The position numbers and the translations under genes are program-made. A DNA stretch of 64,000 bases from Candidatus Delongbacteria bacterium (GTDB lineage: Bacteria; CAIWAD01). Position 1 is the first letter of the stretch, and each line of letters opens with the position of its first letter. The notes below the pieces were generated by a model that saw only the letters and a list, made by a program, of their open reading frames with translations, was not told the origin of the DNA and searched no databases. Location of the stretch: assembly GCA_963663545.1 (NCBI GenBank), contig OY760505.1:3104001-3168000 (forward strand), given 5' to 3'. Below are positions 9,743 to 19,514 of the stretch, piece after piece.

Positions 9743-10765
9743 TTACTTAAGAAAGGTCTCGTTGAGACGACGCTCAGGGCGCTGACGCCAATAACCACGA
9801 TGCCAGGCGTCGCTGATGAGCAACGGTAGTGTCACAGTGGCCTCACCATACACCATCTGTTCGGCGCTGGTCTCCACCTTGCCCCAGGAGCAAGCTTCCT
9901 GCAGCGTGCTGCCAGAAAGGGCGCCATCGCGCTCGTCGGCAACGGTCAGCTGAATCGCGTACTTGTGCATGGGCTGCTCTTCGCCCAGAATGTCAGTGGC
10001 AACCACAACATCCTGCGTGAAGTTCTTGGGAACGCCGCCGCCCAGCATGAGGATGCCTGTATCACCGAGCTTCAGTTTGAGCTGCGTCAGCTCGCGGAAG
10101 TCGGCCACGCTGTCGATGCTCAAGTACTTGCCCTTGGCATGCCACTGGTGGTGCACCAGGCCAAAGCCAGCACTGCAGTCGGAGAAGGCCGGTACGAAGA
10201 TGGGCACTTGCTTGCGGTAACACGTGTGAATGATCGAAGGAATGGCACCGCCGTCGCGGTGATTCAGGAAGCGGCCCATTTCGTGAATGAACTCGCGCGA
10301 CGACCAGGGGCGCGGCTCCAGACTGTCGGCGATTTCGCCCACGGTCATGTCACACACGCGCAGCTCTTCTTCGTCGATGTAGGTGTCGTAGATGCGGTCG
10401 ATCATCAGCTCGCGCAGTTCGTTGTCGTCCTGCTGCGGATTGCCGATCCAGTGGCGGAAGCCCAGCGCCTCGAAGAAATCCTGATCGACGATGTTGGCGC
10501 CGGTGGAAACAATGGCGTCCACCATATTGCACTCGATCATGTCGATGATGATTTTCTTCATCCCCGCGCTGACCAGCGAACCGGCCAGAGTGAGGATCAC
10601 ACCGCATTGCGTGTCGGCCAGCATGGTGTTGAAGATCTCTGCGGCGCGGGAGAGATTGCGCAGCTGGAAGGCGGCCGTTTTGCCAGCCTCGATCATGGGC
10701 CTGGCGTCGAAGGTGCTGATGTCCACGTGTTCCACGGGGACGCGGAGGAGGTCCTGTTTGGTCAT
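9743..10765 (-). CDS. Deoxyhypusine synthase-like protein (possible homospermidine synthase)
   Basis: VSTGAN, DRIYDT, PAFSDCSAG, GGGVPKNF, DGALSGSTLQEACSWGKV with the catalytic Lys; start MTKQDLL. Confidence 0.88.
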   Translation of the reverse strand: MTKQDLLRVPVEHVDISTFDARPMIEAGKTAAFQLRNLSRAAEIFNTMLADTQCGVILTLAGSLVSAGMKKIIIDMIECNMVDAIVSTGANIVDQDFFEALGFRHWIGNPQQDDNELRELMIDRIYDTYIDEEELRVCDMTVGEIADSLEPRPWSSREFIHEMGRFLNHRDGGAIPSIIHTCYRKQVPIFVPAFSDCSAGFGLVHHQWHAKGKYLSIDSVADFRELTQLKLKLGDTGILMLGGGVPKNFTQDVVVATDILGEEQPMHKYAIQLTVADERDGALSGSTLQEACSWGKVETSAEQMVYGEATVTLPLLISDAWHRGYWRQRPERRLNETFLK

Positions 10766-10890
10766 CGGAGTCCTTGGGTTGAGACGGATTTTCAATGGGG
10801 CAACAAGATAGTGAGCTGGGGGAAGCATGCAAGTCCTTCCCCCGTTTTCCTCCCCCTCCAGCTGATCTACCCGTACAGTTACCTCTCTTA

Positions 10891-11338
10891 ATCGGTATCG
10901 GTGTGCTGCCTACTGCGTAGTCAGCACCTCGACGAAGCCCCGCATGTGGAGTGTTTCTAGCTGCTACTTCGGGCTAGCTGCGGGTCTTCGTCCATAGACA
11001 TTCAGGAGTAGCTGTCTGCCCAGGAAATCGGTATCGCTGCCTGTCGCTTCGCAACAGGATCGGTATCGGTATCGGTGTGCTGCCTACTGTGTAGTCAGCA
11101 CTTCGACGAAGCCCCGCATGCGGAGTTTTCGTAACTGCTACTTCGGGCTAGCAGCGGGTCTTCGGTCCATGTGTGTCCCGCGCTTTCGCGCGTGACTCCT
11201 CGGAGATTCCTCGCTTCTGGTCTAGGCTTATACCCGGCTCTACGTATTGGCGAGAAATCTCCTCGTGGCCTTCAGGGGTAGTTGTCGGTCCATGAAATCG
11301 CTATCGCTGCCTGTTGCTTCGCAACAGGATCGGTATCG
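10891..11338. repeat. Tandemly duplicated hairpin-rich intergenic element
   Basis: Unit A 10891-10995 resembles 11065-11170; unit B 11001-11068 resembles 11271-11338; several internal inverted repeats; ATCGGT microrepeats at the junctions. Confidence 0.8.
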
Positions 11339-11439
11339 ATTTCGGAGTCGCAATCGTAGCGCGTCGTAGCGCATTGTAGCGCGTGACACACGGATGCTGA
11401 GGCATTTAGGAAGGAAAGAAGCTTTCTGCGCAGCTCTTC

Positions 11440-12516
11440 CTATGGAGCTAGTACAGGCGCCATCTCTACCTGATCTAAGACCTGACCATCTTCCGATGAC
11501 ACCTGCAGATGTTTGACCAGAGCTTCGGCAGCCAGTCTGTGCGCACGGGCGTTCCAATGGCTCTCGCCATCAAAATCCAGTCGCTCGCCGTGCTTCAGAT
11601 AATCTTCGAAGAATGGCTTGGCCAGGTCGATCAGCTCAAGGCCATGCTTCTTGCAGGCCGGCTCAAGAAGCAGTGTTTCAGACATCGTGATTCTGCTCGC
11701 ATCCAGGTCGTAGATGGCATCACGGTTCGCATCGCAGAGCAGAATCAGTCTTACGTTTGGGAATGCTTGCGCCAGATCCGCTACTAAACGCTCTGCTACT
11801 TGCTGCTGATATTGTGTTTCGCCATAAGGAGAGTACGACCTGTCGGCATGCCCAGGCAGTCTCAACTCCATTTGTGCATTAAGATTCAGGTATCTCACAA
11901 GGGCGCTGTTACGCAAAAGTCGCTTTCGGCTTTCGCGATAGGGCGTCGACTGCAGGGCCTTGAGGGAATCCTCGCTGAACAGGTACTGACGCGAAAGAGG
12001 CCATCTCTCAAAATTGGCAATGGATCTTCGCAAGGAATTCTTACTGACTTCAATCACTGCCGTTTCGGGTTGGAAGAGTTCTTCCGCGTAGGCAATAACG
12101 TTTTGGCAATGGGAAAGTGATATGCCACCCAGGCCGAAGTTGTACACATTCCACCCCGATGGTAAACGTTCTTTCAGTTGACTGGCAATATTGTTTTCCC
12201 AGCAGACATGCAGCCCCTCGACGTAGGAATCTCCAAAGATGCCCACCAGCCTGGTCTTGCGGCCTAGTCTTTCTTCGTATTCTATCCCAGCGTTGAAGCC
12301 CTGGGAATTGACGTGCCATGGAATCCTGTTTTCTGCTAGTCGACAGAAGGTGAAAATGCCATCGGGATAGGCGGGATCTAGACAATGGATGGAGTGTCCT
12401 GCCCTGTCCAATCTATAGGGTGGATGTGAAGCCGGAATCACGAATCGATAGAACAGCTCCAGAAAAAGCAGCAGAAAGACCAGAAAGCAGAGAAGCCTGA
12501 AAACAAAACTCTTCAT
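11440..12516 (-). CDS. SGNH/GDSL-fold protein (partner of MBOAT O-acyltransferase)
   Basis: N-terminal TM, GDSYVEG, NFGLGG, C-terminal ESHWNARAH. Confidence 0.75.
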   Translation of the reverse strand: MKSFVFRLLCFLVFLLLFLELFYRFVIPASHPPYRLDRAGHSIHCLDPAYPDGIFTFCRLAENRIPWHVNSQGFNAGIEYEERLGRKTRLVGIFGDSYVEGLHVCWENNIASQLKERLPSGWNVYNFGLGGISLSHCQNVIAYAEELFQPETAVIEVSKNSLRRSIANFERWPLSRQYLFSEDSLKALQSTPYRESRKRLLRNSALVRYLNLNAQMELRLPGHADRSYSPYGETQYQQQVAERLVADLAQAFPNVRLILLCDANRDAIYDLDASRITMSETLLLEPACKKHGLELIDLAKPFFEDYLKHGERLDFDGESHWNARAHRLAAEALVKHLQVSSEDGQVLDQVEMAPVLAP

Positions 12517-12524
12517 CGAATCCT

Positions 12525-13958
12525 CTAGAACTGGAAGTAGATGAACTCTTGTTCGCCAAAGCTACCAAGGGTCAGGATGGCTGCGGTGATACAGGCGTAG
12601 CACAGCCAGCGTAGCGCGCGCGGAAAGGCCACAAGATCAAGCGGATGCTGTTTTGTGCGTTGCAGCCATTCGAGCAGCAGCAGCGCAGTACAGAGGAGCA
12701 GCTCCTGCGTGTAAGCGCCTTGGAGGTTTGCTACGAAGGGGGCTTTTAGCATTCCACCCAGATAGCCGATTGCCTGGCTGAGACTGCTCGCGCGAAAGAA
12801 TACCCAAGCCAGTAGCGTTAGAAAGAAGGTCAGCACCATGCTTCCCGCCTCGACGGGAGATGGCAGCAAGCGTCCCGCTGCGACAATGTCTGTCTGCTTC
12901 TTCCTGTTGGTGCGCAAGGACTGGGGAAGTAGGTAGAGACCGTTGAGGAATCCCCACACAACAAAGGTCCAGTTGGCGCCATGCCACAGTCCACTAACGG
13001 TAAAGGTCACCAGCACATTCCAAATCTGGCGTGGCTTGGAACAACGATTTCCACCCAGCGGAATGTAGACGTAATCCCTGAACCAGGTGCTTAAGGAAAT
13101 GTGCCACCTGCGCCAGAATTCGCCGATATCGCGGGAGAAATAGGGGTAGGCGAAGTTGCGCATCAGCTTGAATCCGAAGAGTCTAGCAGTGCCGATGGCG
13201 ATATCGCTATAGCCGCTGAAGTCGGAGTAGATTTGCAATGCGAAGAAGAAGACGCCGATCAGCAGACTCAGGCTATCTAGCTGTTGATAGTTGCTGAAGA
13301 TGCTTTCCACTTGCGGTGCCAGATTATCTGCGATGACAATCTTCTTGAAGAAGCCCCAGAGCATTTGTCGCATTCCGTCGCTGGCTTGTACAGACGAAAA
13401 ACTTCGGCGTTTTTCAAACTGTGGCAGCAGCGCTGAGGCGCGCTCAATCGGACCAGCAACGAGCTGTGGAAAAAAGCTGACAAAGGTAAAGAAGGCCACC
13501 ACATCCTGGGTTGGCGTGAACTTCTTGCGATAGATATCGATGGTGTAGCTCATGGTCTGGAAGGTGTAGAAGCTGATTCCAACGGGAAGAATCACCTTCA
13601 GTGACCATGGATTTGCCTGCAATCCCATACTGTGTAGAAGTTCGACGAAGCTGTTGACGAAGAAGTTGTAGTACTTGAAAAAGCCCAGAGCGCCAAGGTT
13701 TACCAGTAAACTTAGTCCAAGCAGCAGTTTTCTATGGCGTTCGTTCTGGGCAGTGGCCAAGCGTGCACCGGTCCAGTAATCGATGCAGGAACTGAAGAAG
13801 ATGAGGCTTAGAAAGCGCCAGTCCCACCAGCCGTAGAATACATAGCTTGCCACCAGCAGCAATGCATTCTGGTACCGTAGTGGGGTGCGTTGTAGCATCC
13901 AGTAGGCAAGAAACACGCTTGGCAGAAAAAGCGCGAAGATGAGCGAGTTGAATAGCAT
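12525..13958 (-). CDS. MBOAT-family O-acyltransferase (AlgI/DltB-like)
   Basis: LPVGISFYTFQ, FFPQLVAGPIER, DFSGYSDIA, FWRRWHISLS, GLWHGA, C-terminal FIYFQF. Confidence 0.93.
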   Translation of the reverse strand: MLFNSLIFALFLPSVFLAYWMLQRTPLRYQNALLLVASYVFYGWWDWRFLSLIFFSSCIDYWTGARLATAQNERHRKLLLGLSLLVNLGALGFFKYYNFFVNSFVELLHSMGLQANPWSLKVILPVGISFYTFQTMSYTIDIYRKKFTPTQDVVAFFTFVSFFPQLVAGPIERASALLPQFEKRRSFSSVQASDGMRQMLWGFFKKIVIADNLAPQVESIFSNYQQLDSLSLLIGVFFFALQIYSDFSGYSDIAIGTARLFGFKLMRNFAYPYFSRDIGEFWRRWHISLSTWFRDYVYIPLGGNRCSKPRQIWNVLVTFTVSGLWHGANWTFVVWGFLNGLYLLPQSLRTNRKKQTDIVAAGRLLPSPVEAGSMVLTFFLTLLAWVFFRASSLSQAIGYLGGMLKAPFVANLQGAYTQELLLCTALLLLEWLQRTKQHPLDLVAFPRALRWLCYACITAAILTLGSFGEQEFIYFQF

Positions 13959-14240
13959 CTCTGTCTCTGAACAGTTGATTGAAGAGAAAACGGTGCGCTA
14001 CGCTAAGCGACTCTTGATTGTAGCAAATTGCGGATGCTCTGCCTAGAAGGGGGAGTGTTACACTCCGGAGAAAGCTGCCTGACCACTGGCCTGACCCATT
14101 TTCGCGGCTGGCAATTTCTTCTCCTCCCCTTGCTTGAAAGCTACTCAATAGGTACTCTCTCCGGCTGTACAATTTGGATCAGCCCTTTCTCCAGCAGAAA
14201 CGAAGGGGCAGTTTCCTGAAAATAGAACAGGAGAGCCCAG

Positions 14241-15557
14241 ATGAAGCGCATCAAGACTCTCATCATGGGAGCCGCAGGCCGCGACTTCCATAATTTCAAT
14301 TGCGTCTACCGCAACAATGAGATGTACGAAGTGGTCTGCTTTACCGCGACCCAGATCCCCGATATCGACGGCCGCAAGTATCCCGCTGTGCTGGCTGGCG
14401 AGCTGTACCCTGAGGGTATTCCCATTTTCGACGAGAGCGAACTGGCCAGCCTGATCGCCGAGCACGGCATCGAGCTGGTGGTGTTCTCCTACAGCGACAT
14501 CCCGCACGAGGTGGTGATGCACAAGGCCGCCATGGTCAACGCCTGTGGCGCCGACTTCGCCATGCTGGGCGGACGCCTGACCGAGGTCAAGAGCACCAAG
14601 CCCGTCATCAGCATCTGCGCCAGCCGCACCGGTTGTGGCAAGAGCCAGACCACCCGTCGCGTGGTCGAGCTGCTGAAGGAAGCCGGCAAGAAGGTCGTCA
14701 GCATCCGTCACCCGATGCCCTACGGTGACCTGGCCGCACAGAAGTGCCAGCGCTTCGCCACCATCGATGACCTCAAGAAGCACAAGTGCACCATTGAGGA
14801 GATGGAAGAGTACGAGCCGCACATTGCCATGGGTAGCGTAATCTACGCCGGTGTGGACTATGAGGCCATTCTGCGCGAGGCCGAGAAGGAAGCCGACATC
14901 ATCCTGTGGGATGGTGGCAACAACGACACCCCCTTCTACAAGAGCGATTGCGAGATTGTGGTTGTGGACCCGCACCGTCCCGGTCACGAGATGACCTACT
15001 ATCCCGGTGAGACCAACGTCCGCAAGGCCGACGTCATCGTCATCAACAAGATTGAGACCGCCGATCCCGACGACGTGGCCGAGGTTCGTGAGAACTGCCG
15101 CGAGGTCAATCCCAATGCCATGATCATCGAAGCCGCCAGCCCCATCGATGTGGACGATCCCAGCATCATTCTGGGCAAGCGCGTTCTGGTCGTTGAAGAT
15201 GGCCCGACCCTGACTCACGGTGAGATGACCTACGGTGCTGGCATGGTGGCCGCCGAGCGTTTCGGTGCCGCCGAGGCCGTGGATCCTCGCCCCTGGGCCG
15301 TGGACACCATCGCCTACACCTTCGAGAAGTACCCCGGCATCGGCGTGCTGCTACCCGCAATGGGTTACAGCGACAAGCAGGTGGCCGATCTGGAGCAGAC
15401 CATCAACGCCGTCGATTGCGACAGCGTGATTATCGGTACTCCCATCGACCTGCGCCGCATCGTCAAGATCGACAAGCCGGCGGTTCGCGTGAGCTACAGC
15501 CTGCAGGAGATCGGTAAGCCCTCCATGAAGGACGCGCTGGCCAAGTTCCTCAAGTAG
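14241..15557 (+). CDS. arcE: Arginine synthetase-like P-loop enzyme (family usually annotated GTPase / cyclic 2,3-DPG synthetase)
   Basis: GAAGRDFHNFN, TATQIP, RTGCGKSQT, RHPMPYGDL, WDGGNND, EDGPTLTHG, LPAMGY; matches my recollection of the Thermococcus ArcE family. Confidence 0.75.
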   Translation: MKRIKTLIMGAAGRDFHNFNCVYRNNEMYEVVCFTATQIPDIDGRKYPAVLAGELYPEGIPIFDESELASLIAEHGIELVVFSYSDIPHEVVMHKAAMVNACGADFAMLGGRLTEVKSTKPVISICASRTGCGKSQTTRRVVELLKEAGKKVVSIRHPMPYGDLAAQKCQRFATIDDLKKHKCTIEEMEEYEPHIAMGSVIYAGVDYEAILREAEKEADIILWDGGNNDTPFYKSDCEIVVVDPHRPGHEMTYYPGETNVRKADVIVINKIETADPDDVAEVRENCREVNPNAMIIEAASPIDVDDPSIILGKRVLVVEDGPTLTHGEMTYGAGMVAAERFGAAEAVDPRPWAVDTIAYTFEKYPGIGVLLPAMGYSDKQVADLEQTINAVDCDSVIIGTPIDLRRIVKIDKPAVRVSYSLQEIGKPSMKDALAKFLK

Positions 15558-15577
15558 TTGCCTCGACATTCGAAGAC

Positions 15578-15604
15578 AAGAGCCCCCGATTAAGGGGGCT
15601 TTTT
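15578..15604 (+). terminator. Intrinsic terminator
   Basis: AGCCCCC-GATTAA-GGGGGCT-TTTT. Confidence 0.8.
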
Positions 15605-15874
15605 GCTCTCGCTTGATTCCTGTTATCTTTCCAATTGGACCTGAATAGCTCTGTTTGGCATTGTTTGGTATACACTGGCAATGCCCGATGCTGAACTCGC
15701 TTGCTGAATGTTGGACAATTGTAAGTTGTGGAATATCAGTACATAAGCGAACACCTAAAGCTGGTGTGTAAAACAATGGGCACCTTAACCTGATTCTGAC
15801 AGCTTTGTCAAAACTTAATGCTGCCAACTTCTTTAGAATCAATAGCTAATGAGAGCACTTGTACCTAGGGAAAG

Positions 15875-15890
15875 AGGCATGAAAATTGCC
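15875..15890 (+). promoter_or_regulatory. Candidate sigma-54 promoter of the first lamin-tail gene
   Basis: AGGCATGAAAATTGCC = GG-N10-GC; palindrome TGACA-GCTT-TGTCA at 15797-15810 upstream. Confidence 0.5.
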
Positions 15891-15994
15891 CTACTCTCTG
15901 TCTATGCGCAAGGGAACCTCTCCGTAGTTGGGTTCCCCCTTGTCTTCGAATTGAAATTCAGTATCTCGCAATAATCCAAAACGAGGATCCGAGT

Positions 15995-18900
15995 ATGAAG
16001 AAGCTTCTTCTCAGTGCTTTGCTGACGGGTCTGGCGACCCAGGCCATCGCCGAGAATGTGTTCATTTCTGAATACATCGAGGGTGGCAGCCAGAATAAAG
16101 CTATCGAGATCTACAACGGTACAGGTGCTTCGATTGACCTAAGCGAGTATGCAGTACTTGTTTACGCGAACGGAGCCACTTCACCCACAAGTACAATCAC
16201 CTTGTCGAACACGCTGGCTAGCGGAGACGTTTACGTCGTAGCCAACCCTTCCGCTAACGCTGCCATCCTTGCTGTAGCGGATCAGACGTCGGGTAGCGTG
16301 TCTTTCAACGGAAACGATGCGGTGGAGCTACAGCATAACGACACTCCCATTGATCTTTTCGGAGTCATTGGTGAAGATCCGGGATCGTCCGGATGGGGGA
16401 GCGTGACTGCTAATCACACTTTGGTTCGCGTTAGCTCTGTCGTCGAGGGAGTGGCTGTTTGGGCTTCCTCTGAATGGGATGTTTATGCTCAGGACACCTT
16501 CACTTACCTCGGTTCACACACTTCGGGTGGCGGTGGCAATCTTCTGCCGGTCATTGCCAATGTGACCCAGACGCCCGAGTTCGCGCTGGACGGCGTGGCC
16601 GTCAGCATCAGCGCTGAAATCAGCGACAGCGACGGTACAGTTAGCAATGTGGATTTCATCTACAGCGTCGATGGTGGAACCGAAGTCAGCACCACGCTGA
16701 CCGGTGTCGCCGGTGTGTACACGGGCAGCGTTCCCGGCCAGATTGTCGGTTCGGAAATCGCTTACCGCTTTGAAGCTACCGACGACGATAGCGATACAGC
16801 AATCAGCAGCGGTTCCTATCTCGTCTACGAGCCGGCGACCTTGTCGGTTGGCGACCTTGTAGTGACTGAAATCATGAAGGATCCGTCCGTTGTGCTGGAT
16901 GCTGCTGGCGAGTGGTTTGAGATCTACAACGCAAGCGCGGCGCAGATCAACCTGAACGGCCTCACCATCAGTGATGATAACACCAACACTTTCACTGTGG
17001 ACACTGATGTTTTCGTGGATGCGGGTACGTACGCTCTTCTGGCTGTGAACGGTGACAATGCCACGAACGGCGGATTACCTAGCGTAGACTACGTCTATCC
17101 CTCGAACTTCTACCTCGGCAACGGGACCGATGCCGTGGTTATCTACGATAGCTATCTGGCCATCGACCGCGTTGAGTACAGTGACGCCTTTTTCCCCGAT
17201 GTGGCTGGCCATTCCATGGGCTTGGTCGACCTGCTTGCGGACAACAATGTTGGTGCCAATTGGGTTGCCGACGCTGTCCACAGCTATGGTGCTGGCGACT
17301 ACGGAACACCGCGTGCTGCGAACGATCTAAGCTTTGATCCCTATCCCGTGATTGAGAACGTGACCGCGCTGCCCGCGCTGGTGACCCCGACCGACGATGT
17401 GGTCGTGACCGCCGATGTCAGCGATGACAGTGCGCTGACTTCCGTCAACTTGATTTACAACGTCGACGCCGGTGCCGATGTCACCTTGGCGATGACCGAA
17501 GTGCGCAGCTACACCGCCACCATTCCTGCCCAGGTTGAGGGTAGTGTGGTTGCATGGCGCATTGAGGCCACCGATGATGCCACCCAGACCATGACTTATG
17601 GTCCCGAGTCCTACACGGTAACGGGTACCGCCCCCGTGTTGACCATCGCCCAGATTCAGGCCTGCGATGTGGACGGCAATAGCCTTTATGACGGTCAGTT
17701 CGTCACCACCACAGGTATTGTTTCTGCCCTCTGCTCGGTTGGCAGCGGCTCCTTCTTTATTCAGGATGCCTCGGCCGCCTGGTCCGGTATCCAGGTTTAC
17801 GGTGGCAACGCTGGTGTTGCCGTTGGTGACGAAGTGACCGTGACGGCCGTCGTGGACGAGTACAATGGCCAGACCGAGATCATTATTGCTACGACCGCCG
17901 ATTACGCTGTGCTGAGCAGTGGCAACACCCCCTACGCGCCGCTGGCGCTGACGGCGGCCACCGCTGGCGACGAGCAGTACGAGAGCGTGCTGGCTACGGT
18001 TGAGAACCTGAACTGTGATGCCCTGCCCAACGGCTTCGGTGAGTGGTTTGGGATCGACAACGGCGACAGCCTGATGGTCGACGACCTCTTTGGCACCTTC
18101 TTCACCCCGACTGTCGGCGAGTGCTACAACCTGACGGGCGTAGTCTATTATGCTTACGGTGCCTTCCGCATCGAGCCCCGCACCACGGCCGATGTGGCTA
18201 CCTGCGGTGGCGAGAATCTTCCTCCCGCAGTCGCGAGCTTCTATCGCACTCCCACCCTGCCCACCAGTGCGGACGCCGTTGTTGTCAATATTACGGTTAC
18301 GGACGACAGCGCAGTCAGTGCCGTTGATCTGTATTACATCGTCGACGGTGGAACAGCCAACGTAGTCAGCATGGCGTTGACCACGGGTGACGTATATGAG
18401 GGAACCATTCCGGCCCTGACTGATGGTTCTGATGTTGAGTATTACGTGATTGCCACCGACGACCAGTCGGCGACCACCGAGTCCTATCATCGCATGTACA
18501 CGGTCACCGATGTTCTGAGCTGTGGCGACATCAGCGTGTATCGCGTCAATGATTCCGAGGGCTTCCCCGTGCGTTACGGCCAGACCGTGATGGTTTGCGG
18601 CGTGTTGACCAGTGCCGCCGAGCTTGGTAGCACGGGTCCCGCGTACTTGCATGGTGCGACCGGCGACATCTGTGCTTATGGAACCCTGAATGGTGCCGTG
18701 ACCGGTGACGAAGTCACCATCGTTGGCAGCATCGGCTTCTACAATGGTCTGACCCAGCTGACCAGCCCGACAGTGACCGTCGTGAGCAGTGGCAATGCCA
18801 TCACCCCGACCGTGGTGACCTTGGCCGAGCTGATTGCTGGCGGCGAGAGCTACGAGGCCAACTACGTGCAGGTCAACGGCCTGAGCGTTGTGGCTCCTGA

Positions 18901-19345
18901 GGAGTGGCCCGCTGAAGGTTCTTACAACACGCTTGAAGTGACGGATGGCGTGGACTACTTCAATCTGTTCATTGACAACAGCACTGATATCGACGGTTCA
19001 CCCGTCCCCGCTGGTTCCTTTGATCTGGTCGCCGTTGTCGGCCAGTATGACAACACCAGCGTGGATGGCTACCACACCGGTTATCAGCTGATTCCGCGTA
19101 GTCTCGCCGACATCACCGAGGCCGGTGGTCTGGACGCTCCGGTTGTGACTGCCACCTACACCGCTGGCCAGATCGAGCTGACCTGGACTGCCATTACCGG
19201 CGCCACTGATTACAAGATCTACACCTGTGTTGGTGATCCCTACGAGGCCGCCAACTGGGATGCCGGTCAGAGCACCTTCGGCATGACCACCTGGACCATT
19301 TCCAGCCCCACGGGGAAGGAATTCTACCGCGTCACGGCTGAGTAA
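15995..19345 (+). CDS. Large secreted acidic protein: lamin-tail domains, Ig-like modules, OB-folds, C-terminal FYRVTAE domain
   Basis: Signal peptide; FISEYIEG..NKAIEIYNGTG (LTD); VTEIM..GEWFEIYN (second LTD); FFIQD..SGIQVY..GDEVTV (OB-fold); no nuclease catalytic domain seen. Confidence 0.8.
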   Translation: MKKLLLSALLTGLATQAIAENVFISEYIEGGSQNKAIEIYNGTGASIDLSEYAVLVYANGATSPTSTITLSNTLASGDVYVVANPSANAAILAVADQTSGSVSFNGNDAVELQHNDTPIDLFGVIGEDPGSSGWGSVTANHTLVRVSSVVEGVAVWASSEWDVYAQDTFTYLGSHTSGGGGNLLPVIANVTQTPEFALDGVAVSISAEISDSDGTVSNVDFIYSVDGGTEVSTTLTGVAGVYTGSVPGQIVGSEIAYRFEATDDDSDTAISSGSYLVYEPATLSVGDLVVTEIMKDPSVVLDAAGEWFEIYNASAAQINLNGLTISDDNTNTFTVDTDVFVDAGTYALLAVNGDNATNGGLPSVDYVYPSNFYLGNGTDAVVIYDSYLAIDRVEYSDAFFPDVAGHSMGLVDLLADNNVGANWVADAVHSYGAGDYGTPRAANDLSFDPYPVIENVTALPALVTPTDDVVVTADVSDDSALTSVNLIYNVDAGADVTLAMTEVRSYTATIPAQVEGSVVAWRIEATDDATQTMTYGPESYTVTGTAPVLTIAQIQACDVDGNSLYDGQFVTTTGIVSALCSVGSGSFFIQDASAAWSGIQVYGGNAGVAVGDEVTVTAVVDEYNGQTEIIIATTADYAVLSSGNTPYAPLALTAATAGDEQYESVLATVENLNCDALPNGFGEWFGIDNGDSLMVDDLFGTFFTPTVGECYNLTGVVYYAYGAFRIEPRTTADVATCGGENLPPAVASFYRTPTLPTSADAVVVNITVTDDSAVSAVDLYYIVDGGTANVVSMALTTGDVYEGTIPALTDGSDVEYYVIATDDQSATTESYHRMYTVTDVLSCGDISVYRVNDSEGFPVRYGQTVMVCGVLTSAAELGSTGPAYLHGATGDICAYGTLNGAVTGDEVTIVGSIGFYNGLTQLTSPTVTVVSSGNAITPTVVTLAELIAGGESYEANYVQVNGLSVVAPEEWPAEGSYNTLEVTDGVDYFNLFIDNSTDIDGSPVPAGSFDLVAVVGQYDNTSVDGYHTGYQLIPRSLADITEAGGLDAPVVTATYTAGQIELTWTAITGATDYKIYTCVGDPYEAANWDAGQSTFGMTTWTISSPTGKEFYRVTAE

Positions 19346-19369
19346 GTCGTCGACTCACACGCTTCTTAC

Positions 19370-19396
19370 AGAGGGCGGCTTTGAGCCGCCCTCTTT
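19370..19396 (+). terminator. Intrinsic terminator
   Basis: AGAGGGCGGCT-TTG-AGCCGCCCTCT-TT. Confidence 0.8.
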
Positions 19397-19514
19397 CATC
19401 TCCACCAGCCAACACGCGTCTCACATGCGGCGCACACGCGCTTAACCTCGTCCCGCTTTCTTGTGCCTGTTGTGTTCCGACAGCTTTCCTCCAACAGAAC
19501 AGAAGGATGTGACG

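Noticed and set aside
10891..11338. Possible CRISPR array
   Set aside because: Units are 70-105 bp, present only twice, with no unique equal-length spacers and no cas genes.
14145..15218. 357-aa antisense ORF (also 9965-10891, 17327-18652, 19548-20753, 21039-22229, 25620-27662, 30764-31957)
   Set aside because: Shadow ORFs opposite strongly codon-biased real genes; no recognisable motifs.
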